A stretch of DNA of 64,000 nt from Octopus vulgaris (Eukaryota). How positions within the stretch are numbered: the stretch's first letter is position 1; each line of letters starts with the position of its first letter. Location: assembly GCA_951406725.2 (NCBI GenBank), contig OX597829.1:36456001-36520000 (forward strand), given 5' to 3'. The notes under the pieces were generated by a model, which was not told the origin of the DNA, did not search any database, and worked only from the letters and a program-made list of their open reading frames with translations. A program made the position numbers and the translations under genes. Shown in pieces: positions 41,319 to 53,174 of this stretch.

Positions 41319-41574
41319 CATACATACATACATACATACATACATACATACATACATACATACATACATACATACATACATACAAATATACCCTGTTGTT
41401 GATATTGAAATTCCAGTGAAGGAGCTTTGGATCTAGGTTAGAAATCGGTTCTTTCTGTATTGGCAAGAAATCTTGAAATAAATTTAATAATGACATGCAC
41501 ACACACACACATGTGTGTGTGTGTGTGTGCTTGTGTTATATTTATAGTATATATCCATGTGTGTGTGTCTTTGA

Positions 41575-41745
41575 GCCTTGGCAACCGGTGTTGGTGTGTT
41601 TACGTCCCTGTAACTTAGCGGTTCGGCAAAAGATACCGATATAATAAGTACGAGGCTCTAAAAAAATAAGTTCTTGGGTCGATTCCTTCAAGGCGGTGCT
41701 CCAGCATAGCCGAAGTCAAATGACTGAAGCAAGTTAAAGATAAAA
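41575..41745 (+). mobile_element. SINE family 1 3' fragment
   Basis: gtgtttacgtccctgtaacttagcggttcggcaaaag...gcggtgctccagcat. Confidence 0.75.
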
Positions 41746-42710
41746 GAGAAAAGGTATACATTGGAAGACATGAAAATTCGTTTAATTTTACGGATAGTGC
41801 AATATTTCCAGATGCTAGATTTGACATATAGTGAAGGGAACAAACTAGAAATATAAAAATCATATTCCAATTGAACTGCTAGGAAAAAATTACTTTTAAT
41901 AGAGAGTAAAAGAGAAGGAGATAAAAACACAATATTTTTTAAGGAATTTTATTGTAAAAATCATTTAGAATATACGTTGAAGAAATTAAGACCTAAATCA
42001 CAGAATAAAATATAAACATATTTATTGAGCCTGGGGATTACTGACTAAAATTTAAGATCAGAAAAAATATATATATTTTGGTATAGTATTTACAACGAAG
42101 AAATAATGAAATTTGAAAAAATTCCTAACTCAATCATCAACAATTATTTTAGTAACAATAATGATGAGAACATCAAGGAAATATCATATGTGATAACAAA
42201 AGAGAAAATATGGGGTGCAATTTAAACGATGTAATTAAGTAATTGTAATATGAATATTACAACTAAAGGGAATTTCTCTATGAATAAAGAAACAATATAG
42301 GAAAGTAAAATTAATAGTGAAATAATCGATAGCCCAGTACAACACTAGTGAAAAAACAATGGACCTATTTACGAATTTCATACAATGAATTATGCGAGGA
42401 TCAAAGGAAAAGTTCAGTTGTTAAGGATCTCTGTAAGAACGTTCATTAATGAATGAGAATAACAATTAAAAACATTAATGACCAAGCTTATAATAATAAT
42501 CGTAGTATTATTATCATTAATATTATTGTTATTATCATTATCGTCAACATCATCATCATCATGAACGTGATGACAGTGGTGATGGAGATGGTGTCAGTGG
42601 TTGTGAAAAATAGTAATAATGGTGTTTGCAATTATAAGAATAAAAAAAAGACGCTACGAATAATATTGATAAATACTCTTTTAACAATAAGGATTTTCTA
42701 AATAACAACT

Positions 42711-42741
<31 letters not shown>

Positions 42742-42766
42742 GGATGATGACGATGATGATGATGAC

Positions 42767-42833
<67 letters not shown>

Positions 42834-42960
42834 GTGATGATGGTGATGATGGTGGTGGTGGTGGTGGTGGTGGTGGTGGTGGTGGTTCTGCTGCTGTTGG
42901 TGGTGCTGGTGGTGCTGCTGGTGGTGATAATGATGATGATGGTAATGGAGATGGGGATGG
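42711..42960. repeat. (GAT)n/(GGT)n microsatellite
   Basis: Directly visible. Confidence 0.95.
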
Positions 42961-44735
42961 GAGGGGGTGACGGTGGTCTCAGATGAATATGATGGCGACG
43001 ATGACGTTGAAAATAAAACAAATAAATAAAAACAAAATTATACTTTTTCATTAGAAGGATAAAGAATAGTTGTTTTGTAAGATAAAATTACGAGGGGTTG
43101 TGATTTTACATTCAGGATAGCTAAAAGAAATGAAAAACAACAAAATCAACAAACACAACGGGAATAAAATGGGACAGTTATGGAGGTAGCAAGTTACAGC
43201 TAGGTGGGTTTTCATACAAATCCTACATTATCGTGCCTGCTAAGGACAAGTGTACACTTATAGTTGGGATTCTGGTCTACAATCATATAGTCAGACTGAA
43301 TCTCTTCACCAGACCATAGTCGCAACTCAGATAATGTTTTTAATAAATTTATTCGAAGAACACTTCACTCTCCAAGTGTGACTTGAAAAGCTGACACTCA
43401 CGCGACGGAAGGAGTAGATTATTGTACTCAGCTATCTTAATTTTGTCGATTGCACTCCTTATTTCGCCGCAGTAACAAAAGAGAATAAAACTACATTCTT
43501 GGACCGGTTTTTATGATTGCTTCGACTAAAAACTGGATCCTCCCTACACAACATAATATGCGTTCGATTTAATTCACAATTAAGGAAATAGTGAATATAG
43601 GCGTAGGAGTAGCTGTGTGGTATGTAGCTTGCTTACGAACCACATGAGATGAGCAAAAATGTAAAATCGTGAGAAAAGCTAACAATCGGAAGATAATACC
43701 TTCGGCAAACACCAACATGTGGGTAAATACCTTGGAAAATCTTCACTCTATATTTATTGCTAATTCTGCATAAATTACTAATGAACCCTTCCTCAACACT
43801 TCTACATTTCTCAGTCACCAACTACGCAGCCAGTCGTGAAATATTTTTATCCATTAGGAAACAAGTGTGGACTGTTAGCGCGAAATTCGTTAGGAACACC
43901 ATCCAAAGCTGTCCTTATCAACGCTTAAGTTTTACTGGCGGTGATTGCAGCAGGCTATCAAGGTAGACATTGATTTATGAAGATTTGTGGAGGAACCTTC
44001 CAAGTTCACCGCTTCCTTCACACTCACAAACGAAGCGTCGCAATGCGTCATCGAAGTGGATAATTCACATTCTTCGTGATTCGTTCAAAAACTGAATTGT
44101 TTCTTTCTACGTCGATCCGGTTCCAATTTGAGATATCGAACAACTTTTGTTCCTTAATATCCAGGAATACACGATATAACTGACCTCAGCATACTTTCAG
44201 CATCAAAGAAGTGTTCGGGCATTTTTTCCATCATGAACATGTAGGATGCACTGTTTAATAGCATCTTCCAAATTACCAAATAATCCTATACCTTCATTCT
44301 ACTGTTTACCATTTATACCTTATTGCTATGACACTTGTAGACAACTTTTAGCGATGAGACAACAAGTGATAGTTTCTTAAAATTTCTTTATCACCCTTCT
44401 TAAAAATCAAGGTATTTTCAATTGTAACATAGAACGAAGTTTTCAGCAGTTGCTCTCCTCCGTTTCTTAACATTTCAGTAGTAATTGAATCTTCTCCTTG
44501 ATCTCTCTTCACGGCATTAAATCATTTTTTATTTCACCGACCAAAATATGTGGTACTTTTTCCGAATATCATTATCAATTTACATATTTTACTTTTACTT
44601 TTTTACGTTTTCACAGATGATTTTTCTTTTACGGATTCTGTGTAGCTTATGGTTGGTATTTCTATTGTTTGACCCAATAAATTTCTTGCCTTCAGCAGAA
44701 AGATACTGCTTGACATAATGGTATTTAGTTAGTGG

Positions 44736-44969
44736 AAGGCGGCGAACTGGCAGAAACGTTAGCACGCCGGGCGAAATGCGTGGCCATATTTCGTCTGCCG
44801 TTACGTTCTGAGTTCGAATTCCGCCGACGTCGACTTTGCCTTTCATCCTTTCGGGGTCGATAAATTAAGTACCAGTTACGCACTGGGGTTAATGTAATCG
44901 ACTTAATCCGTTTGTCTGTCCTTGTTTGTCCTCTCTGTGATTAGCCCCTTGTGGGTAGTAAACAAATAA
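44736..44969 (+). mobile_element. SINE family 2 with 15-bp TSD
   Basis: TSD gtatttagttagtgg at 44721-44735 and 44970-44984. Confidence 0.92.
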
Positions 44970-45527
44970 GTATTTAGTTAGTGGGAGTAAGTTGAGGAAA
45001 ATTTTCGGTTGCGTCACTGACCACTTTATTATAGAATTGTGTCAAGTTGGAATAGCAGCACTTCATTTACTATTCTACAAAGAAGTGTATTCTTATTTTT
45101 ATCAGGTATGGTGTACGATGACTTGACAGCTATTTTGTGACAAACCGCTAGGAAAACGTTTATTTTGAGGTTGAATATTTGAAGGAATTTTTCTAAATGT
45201 GTCTAAATTGTGATCGACTGTGTACTACAAAATAGTCTGTCATACCTTGTAATATACGTTGTATTATTCGTTCTAGGGATTCTGTGTGTTCTCTCATGAT
45301 GTCTTAAGTTGAAAAGCAGTACAAATCTTAATTCACCCAGCGAGAGGGAGAGAGAGAGTGAGAGACGTAGACATAAATAGATATTTAGTTATACATGCAC
45401 ACTCATATATATACGTGTGTGTGTGTGTGTGTATGTATTGATACATACACATATATGTATACACACATGTCTGTGTATGTGTTAACTCGCACATATATTA
45501 ATACAGATACACGCACGCACACACACA

Positions 45528-45582
<55 letters not shown>

Positions 45583-46002
45583 GCGTGTGTGCGCGTGCGA
45601 GTTTACAAATGATGCAAAATTCAGGAAGGAAAAGAAAATAGGAAAATGAATGATAATAAATTGACAACTATAGGACAAAAACAACATATAACAATAAACT
45701 TAAAGGCGGCTTGAGTTTAAGGAAAGGAGGAAATCAAATAAAAGTAATGTTTGCCAAAGGCGTTCAACCATACAGAAAAGAACAATAATAGCAATATAAC
45801 GGTAATAAAAGAAAACGAAGAAAACAACTTTCAAAAAATTAATTTGAGTTGTTTTCTTTCATATTGATAACAACAAAAATAATAATTAAAACTAATAACT
45901 ATTCTATACTTTTATTATTAAACTTATATTAAGTATAATATTTATGATATCAACATCCAGAACAGATATTAAGAAATTTTAGAAAAAAATTTACATATCT
46001 TG

Positions 46003-46645
46003 GTTTCAAATTGTTGGTACAAAGCCAGAATGTTTGGGGTGGGATAAGTCGATTACATTGACCTCAATGTTCGATTGGTACTTATTTTATCAACCCCGGA
46101 AGGATGAACAATAAAGTCGGTCTCGGCGGAATTTGAACTCAGAACGTAAAGAAGAAATGCCGCTAAACATTTCGCCCGGTGTGCAAAAGGTTCTGCAAGT
46201 CCGCCGTCTAAAATTTTCATAAATATATTGGTTTCTAGCCGGCAGAAACGTTAGCACGCCGGGCGAAATGCGTAGCCGTATTTCGTCTGTCGATACGTTC
46301 CGAGTTCAAATTCCGCCGAGGTCGACTTTGCCTTTCATCCTTTCGGGGTCGATAAATTAAGTACCAGTTACGCACTGGGGTCGATGTAATCGACTTAATC
46401 CGTTTGTCTGTCCTTGTTTGTCCCCTCTGTGTTTAGCCCCTTGTGGGTAATAAAGAAATATATATTGGTTTCTAACTTTGGCACAAGACCAGCTAGTTCG
46501 GGTGAGAGGCAGGTCGATTACATCAACCTCGGAGCTCGACTGGAACTTATTTTATCGACTCCGACTTCGGTGGAATTTGAACTCAGAACTTACGCGTGCC
46601 GCTAAGCATTTTGCCCGGCATCCTACCGGTTCTGCTAGCTCCCCA
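46003..46645. mobile_element. Cluster of three family-2-related SINEs (-, +, -)
   Basis: Less diverged + copy at 46238-46459 with TSD atatattggtttcta (46223-46237, 46460-46474), between two diverged minus copies. Confidence 0.85.
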
Positions 46646-46960
46646 CTTTCAAGCTTACATAAATACGGAGATATTGACATAAAAAAAATACTGATCGATT
46701 ATGTACGAAACAAAAAACGTAAATCGTCAGTATAAATTATTACACACGTACACACGGGCGCTCGCGGGCACAAATCTATCTTCGTATCCTCTTTTATCAC
46801 TGAATCATTAATTTTTGATCCGGGATAACACGATAAGCTCAAATGTGAACCATGATATTCTTTTCATGAATTGATCTGTGATCGACAATGCGACTGATGA
46901 CCGCAAAAGCGCGTTCCAACGACCAGCGACAAAACTCAGCTATCGAGAATCCACTGATTA

Positions 46961-48792
46961 CACAATGTAACGCAAGTTTTGTTTATCTGTGTTTTTTAAT
47001 ATTCATATATGCATTTTTTGCCACTAAATTAAAAAATAACATTCGTTTTGACGTAAAATCAATAGTTATTTATTTATTCCTAATTTCATATTTGCTCGTT
47101 ATATTTGTAACTTTTCTCTACAGCACTTTGTTGGTTCAATTTATCCTAGTATTGTAAGGATAATTAGACAACATTTAATACTTTTTCATATATTGAAAGG
47201 TATTTAGGAAGTATAATATTAGTTAGAACAAAAAAAACAAAAATAACAATAAAACTACCAGCTGTTTGTAATTAGGATCCTTGTGATTTCCTAGAAATCC
47301 ACGAACTACATCACGAAATGCACACCAAGCTTCTTTTTCAACTTTTGTCATCGCTCTTTCCAGTTTCTTCAACTTTAACCTTGCATTTACTTGGGGCCCA
47401 ACAAATATGCCACCCTTGATCTTAGCCCCAGATAGCTTTGGAAACATAAGAAAAATTTCTTGAAAAGCTTCTCCTCTAAAATCTAAGGCCTTCACAAACT
47501 GTTTTATCAATCCGAGTTTGATATGAAGTGGGGGGTAATAAGATTTTGTTGGAATCTACTAGAGGCTGTTTGAGAACATTTAACATTCCTGGCTGCAGTT
47601 CCACTCGTGGGGGCCAATGTACTCTCTTGTAATGATCATCATCAGCTCTGCTGCTCCATAAGCAAAGGAAAAATGAATAATTTGTGTATCTCCCTAGCAA
47701 GCCAAGCAAGAAGGCAAGCATCTTGAAATCACCACAAACATCCCACTTGAACTCAGCGTAATATATTTTATCGAGAAGTTCTTTGACATTATCGTAATTT
47801 TCTTTCTTCTGTATGGAGTGTGCAAGAGGCAAAGAAAGATATTTATTTCCATTGTGGAGCAACACTGCTTTGGGACTTCGTGTTGAGCTACCTATGAACA
47901 GTCGCCATTCTGCAGAATCATGCTTGAGTCCAATAGCAGTAAACAAACCAATCACATCTTTATAATAACACAGATCATTAATATTTTCATAGTAAATTTC
48001 AAATTCTTCATGGCGTTTCCGGTACACAGGTGTCTTGCAGTCTTCCCCCTGTAGATTCCATTCCTTCAACCTTGATGAAAAAGGTACAGCTCCTGACTTA
48101 GTAAGACCCATATCCCTCTGGATTTGGAAAGTGAGGCTACGAAGTTGTTCTTGGTACGAAAGCTTCCTCTATTTCTTAGCTGTTGTTACTTGTTGACTTT
48201 TCTGGTGGTAGTGGTACTCGTAAACTTTCATCATGTGGGACAAGTTCTCTAGATGATGGTATGTCTGGATACTGAAGAGCTTGTCTTTCTTTCACTTTTC
48301 TGTACTTTGTCACATCGATCATACAAAAGTAACAGTCATCGTGATGGTCCTTTGGCTCTCTCCATACCCTTGGAATGGCAAAAGACATTGACCTTCCTGT
48401 ATCTCTTAACCATCCTTCTAGAGTAGATCGACAGCTCCCACATATCACATGTGAGGCCCACAATTGGTACCTTTCACGATCTTATGTAATACCTGCTTTT
48501 TTCCAATATAAACCATACACATAGCAAAATGTATCTGGAGAATTTTTACATACTCTAGTAGCCATCTTGAAAGTAGCAGAACTTAGTAATTGGTCTGAAA
48601 GAGAAAATTAGACATACATTTAGTAGCGGAACACTATAACAATACTGAACCATGAAAGTCGACATATTTTTTTAACTGTTGATGATACACAAAAAATAAT
48701 TTCATTTTTGGAATCAGCAGAAAAAATGGATTGATAAACAATAAAAATAATACAATAAACAAATTTTTTTTTTTGAAAATTGTTACGTTGTG
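46961..48792 (-). mobile_element. Chapaev3-like (CMC superfamily) DNA transposon
   Basis: TIRs CACAATGTAAC / GTTACGTTGTG, flanked by tta and taa (TWA-type target). Confidence 0.8.
47223..48565 (-). pseudogene. Chapaev3-like transposase pseudogene
   Basis: WASHVICGSC, VWREPKDHHDDCYFC, EWRLFIGSS..KAVLLHNGN, WDVCGDFKM, KQFVKAL and FPKLSGAKIKGGIFVGPQ, with frameshifts and deletions. Confidence 0.8.
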
Positions 48793-48879
48793 TAATTGCT
48801 CATGTTTAAATCATCGTGATGCAAGGCTGCGCATTTTTTTACGCCACTAGTGAAAAGAAAAACGCGAAGGTGCCTGATC

Positions 48880-50050
48880 CAAACAAACAATGCAGACGAG
48901 TACAATTTCACTAGGAAAAGGTGGAGATAATCAAGAAACAATGTAACGGGGTAGTTTTACTGCTGTGGTTCGCGAGTTTGGTGTCAATGTATCTACCATT
49001 CGATCCCTTCACAAATTGAGTGAGGATAATCTGAAAGCATTCACAGATATCACTTTAAGATCATTAAATCGAATTATCAGAGTACATCAAAAAATATCGC
49101 TTCAGCTCATACAGGAATCTCTAGGTGGAGCAGGCCTATTAAAAAAACGTACTCATAAATGTGCTTAGTAAACACGTAAGAGCTTAGTTGAGTGCACTGA
49201 TGCGGTTGACTAAATATACTTTTCAAAGTAGCCATTAAAAAGCTTAATTTAGCCAGTGAAGGTGTTTCAGGTGAATCAGCACCAGTAGATACTGAAGCTG
49301 CTTGGTATTTTCTTGATGAATTTCGGAAAGCGATGAATGAGGGTAGATATTTACCGCGCCAAGTTTTTAAAGCATGTGAAACAATCCTTTACTGGGAAAA
49401 AGATACCCAAAGAAGTTAGGCTGCCATGCTTTAAAAAAAATAAATACATAGTGTTTTCTACTGCTCTGTAAGAACGGCAATGGAGACTTCAATGCTAAAC
49501 CATTATCTATAGACCGTTCTACCTGATTTCATCCGTTCAAGAATATTAGCATGTTAATTCTCTCTGTACCTCGGCGTTCTAACCAAGAAAGGATGGATGA
49601 CTAAAGTGATTTATGAAGAGTGATTTATGACGCATTTCAGTGCTGAATTGTGAAATGAAAGTGTCAAGAAGAATATTTCTTTTAAAAAGCAATTCTTGTG
49701 TTAGACAAATGTTCTGACCACTCTACCAACTTAAATGACCACACGAGATCATTTATCACCCACGTGACGCCTCCTCACTGTTGCATCCCATAGATCAGAA
49801 AGTGAAGGCTACCTTTTAGCATCTATATTTCGACATTACCATTGATGATATACCCAAGGCACTAGTGGAAGATGTGGTGGGGGGGGCTACCTATACAGCA
49901 ATATTGGGAAAGATTCAACATTCTTCACAGTTTTCACTTTATTGGAATTACATGGGGACGGTTTCCAAGAGCTACGCCAATATGACATCAAGGAAGAGAT
50001 GTACGCTTCTGAGCGAGAATTAAGTGACAAAGTATTAAATGGAAAGCGCA
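48880..50050 (+). pseudogene. pogo/Tigger-like (CENP-B-type) transposase relic
   Basis: TISL..KVEIIK..., VVREFGVNVSTIRS (HTH) and GESAPVDTEAA..F....GRYLPRQVF..CET; heavily degraded. Confidence 0.65.
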
Positions 50051-50151
50051 ATTAGACAGCAAGAAGCAACATGACATGAGTCTAGAAGACAATGATGATA
50101 ACCGTGCAGAGCATTGTCCAACCTATGAAATCTGAAAGAGATAAAATACGG

Positions 50152-50393
50152 AAGAAATGGAGGAAGCTTTCGTACCAAGAACAACTTCGTAGCCTCACTT
50201 TCCAAATCCAGAGGGATATGGGTCTTACTAAGTCAGGAGCTGTACCTTTTTCATCAAGGTTGAAAGAATGGAATCTACAGGGAGAAGACTGCAAAACACC
50301 TGTGTACCGGAAACGCCATGAAGAATTTGAAATTTACTATGAAATTATTAATGATCTGTGTTATTATAAAGATGTGATTGGTTTGTTTGCTAT
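50152..50393 (+). repeat. Inverted near-identical copy of 47933-48177 (Chapaev3-like internal piece)
   Basis: Both translate MGLTKSGAVPFSSRLKEWNLQGEDCKTPVYRKRHEEFEIYYE. Confidence 0.92.
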
Positions 50394-50591
50394 ACATTGC
50401 AATACATATAAAAGAATTTGCTAAACATCTGAGCAGTTCTTGCAGCTCTTGCAGTTTCTGCATAGGACAAAGCATCTCTGATGGCTATCTCGCCGATAAT
50501 TATTATCTGTCTATCTATCAATTTATCTTCTATCTCTCTCTCCTCTCCTCCTCTCTCCTTCTCTCCTTCTCTCTCCTCTCTCTCTCTCTCT

Positions 50592-50632
<41 letters not shown>

Positions 50633-50637
50633 TATCA

Positions 50638-50708
<71 letters not shown>

Positions 50709-50709
<1 letters not shown>

Positions 50710-51048
50710 GGCGCATGGCTCAGTGGTTAGAGCGTCGAGCTTACGATCGTGAGGTTGTGAGCTCGAATCCCGGACCGGGCTGCGTGTTGTGTTCTTGAGC
50801 AAAGCACTTTATTTCACGTTGCTCCAGTTCACTCAGCTGTAGAAATGAGTTGCGACGTCACAGGTGCCAAGCTGTATCGACCTTTGTCTTTCCCTTGGAT
50901 AACACTGGTGGCGTGGAGAGTGGAGGCTGGTATGCATGGGCGACTGCTGGTCTTCCATAAACAACCTTGCCGGACTTGTGTCTAGGAGGGTAACTTTCTA
51001 GGTGCAATCCCATGGTCATTCATGACCGAAGGGGGTCTTTACCCTTTT
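50709..51048 (+). mobile_element. tRNA-derived SINE family 4 (CORE-like central domain)
   Basis: A box tggctcagtgg, B box gagctcgaatcc, then gtgttcttgagcaaagcacttt...ccagttcactcagctgtagaaatg. Confidence 0.85.
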
Positions 51049-51059
51049 TATATATATAT

Positions 51060-53070
51060 AATCAAAATAAACAACAGGATATCAAGAAGTGATGCAGTAC
51101 GACCGATTCAAGCGGCTCCATTTAATTGAACAATGCAATCATTACATCAATTTAAATGTTGTGCTATCATCAGCTGCACAAATGAAAAGATTTTTAACCA
51201 GTTGGACACATTAATATAATTTTTCTCAAATACTTTAACAAAACAAGAAGATGAAAGAAATTCATGTTGACGCTATTATAGCTAAGAATAGACTACTACA
51301 CTTCTATGAATGGCATAAAACCCACTGGAGTCATAGCTTGCAAAGGATTGTGGTTCATTTCTAATTTATTTGTCTTTTTATCAACTAATAAATCTAAGAC
51401 TAGAAGACTGTGTCTGATTAGAATGAAGGGCAAGAATGAGTTGACAGCTCTTGGTCATAAATATTGCCATATGTATCCCTTTTCTTCAGGGAGGGAAGAA
51501 GGCATTAGGAGTAGTAAATTGGATCTAGAGTAACTGTCTATAAAAGGAGGCTGGGTAGTGGAAGACTCTAAATCATGATGTTAATTTTCAGTTAAAGGGG
51601 CAAAACGCTAATAAAATCTATGATGTTAATACAGAGGAAATTTTATCTTGGGGTACTATGGGTAATTATTTGTAAACAATATTGTTATGTTGTACAAAAA
51701 TAACATTTAAGATTACCAAAAATGATTTCATAACCAAAATAGGTAAAATGTGTATATATCAATTATCAACATTAAAAATGAAAGATTGCATAGAATCAGT
51801 TTAATATTCAATCATGAACTTAGTTAATTACTTATTAGATGGAATAAACATGCTATCTATATATTAATTATAAACGAAGAATCAGAAAAAATAAAGATGT
51901 GTACAGATACACACACACATATTTATATATGTGCACACATACACATACACAAATATTTATACGTTTATAGGGATATAGTATAACCATCTCGCAGAGACTT
52001 AAGTAAGTGAAAAGTATCTATTTACGAACAAGAAAAATAACATTTATAAGGGATAAGAGGTTAATAGGTTATGCACACATATACAAATATTTATACGTTT
52101 ATATAGATATAGTATAACCATCTCGCACAGACCTAACTATCTGATAAATCTCTATTTATGAACAGTAACAACTTATAAGGGATAAGAGGTTAATAAAAAA
52201 ACAGAATAATAAGAATTTGTAGAAAATAATAAGAAATACATATAACCTATATTTAAAGAGACTGGTTATTAAAATTTGAGGTAGGAAAAAGATAAAGGTA
52301 ACCCGAAAAGAGGAGGTAGTAGGTTTGGGCATAGTGAGGGCAGTTAGAGATAACATTATATAAGACCGAAAACATTATATAAGTTGTAATGTTACAGGTG
52401 CTATTATATATACGATTTTATAGTCTCTAGTGGGTATATAATTAGGAGACTTACTTACATAACAGCCATCACAAATATACATAATATGATCAGTGTGGTA
52501 GAACATCATAGAAAAGAAAAAGTAGTTTAATCACCAAAAACATGATGAAGTCAGACAAACTAGGCAGGAGTTATCATGGGATAGTAATTACATGTAGCAC
52601 ACCAGATACCATAACATATAGCTTTATAACATATGCAATTTAATTCACCATATAGCATAATAGCCCATAATTTTATATTTAATACTAGAGGGTAAGTTTA
52701 GAACGGATACGACACCAAAATTTATTTCCACCATCAAAGTTGAAGTATGGCTCCTATAATCGCTAATTTCGACAATACTTAAATGTACGGGTGACGCTAC
52801 GCACGTATGATACCCTTAGATCTAATCTATCATTAATCATGTTGTTCTTGTCCCTATACTTAAAAATCTCATAAGTTTCCATAGACCACAGCTCACACCT
52901 GTATCGACTATCTCTATAAGGCTGTGCTTTCCGTATTATATTCCATTTAGGGCTAAATTCGATTCCGCTTTCCTTCAGTTACCAAATATTGGTACATAAA
53001 GAAGCACAATTGGCTTTGTGTTTGAGAAAGATGAAAAATGGTTATTGACACGTTTTTCATATTTTTCGAA
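51060..53070 (-). mobile_element. 5'-truncated PLE: GIY-YIG C-terminus, long AT-rich 3' region, terminal hammerhead-like motif
   Basis: Minus 53055-52815 reads KRVNNHFSSFS..TNIW*LKESGIEFSPKWNIIRKAQPY...RCELWSMETYEI..MINDR, parallel to 8174-8611. (TA)n on both sides. Confidence 0.75.
51093..51178 (-). ncRNA. Degenerate hammerhead-like motif with long stem II insert
   Basis: Minus strand: tgcag-CTGATGA-(~57 nt)-GAAT-cggtcg-TA-ctgca, with GAAT where GAAA is expected. Confidence 0.6.
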
Positions 53071-53084
53071 CATCCTATATATAT

Positions 53085-53174
<90 letters not shown>

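Noticed and set aside
43650-44560. Possible hAT transposase relic on the minus strand (RRKKQFS-like motif)
   Set aside because: One weak motif and no termini found; needs a translated search.
50709-50782. tRNA gene candidate (also 40043-40120)
   Set aside because: No good acceptor stem, and the sequence continues into a SINE body (with a TSD in the 40043 case), so it is a SINE head.
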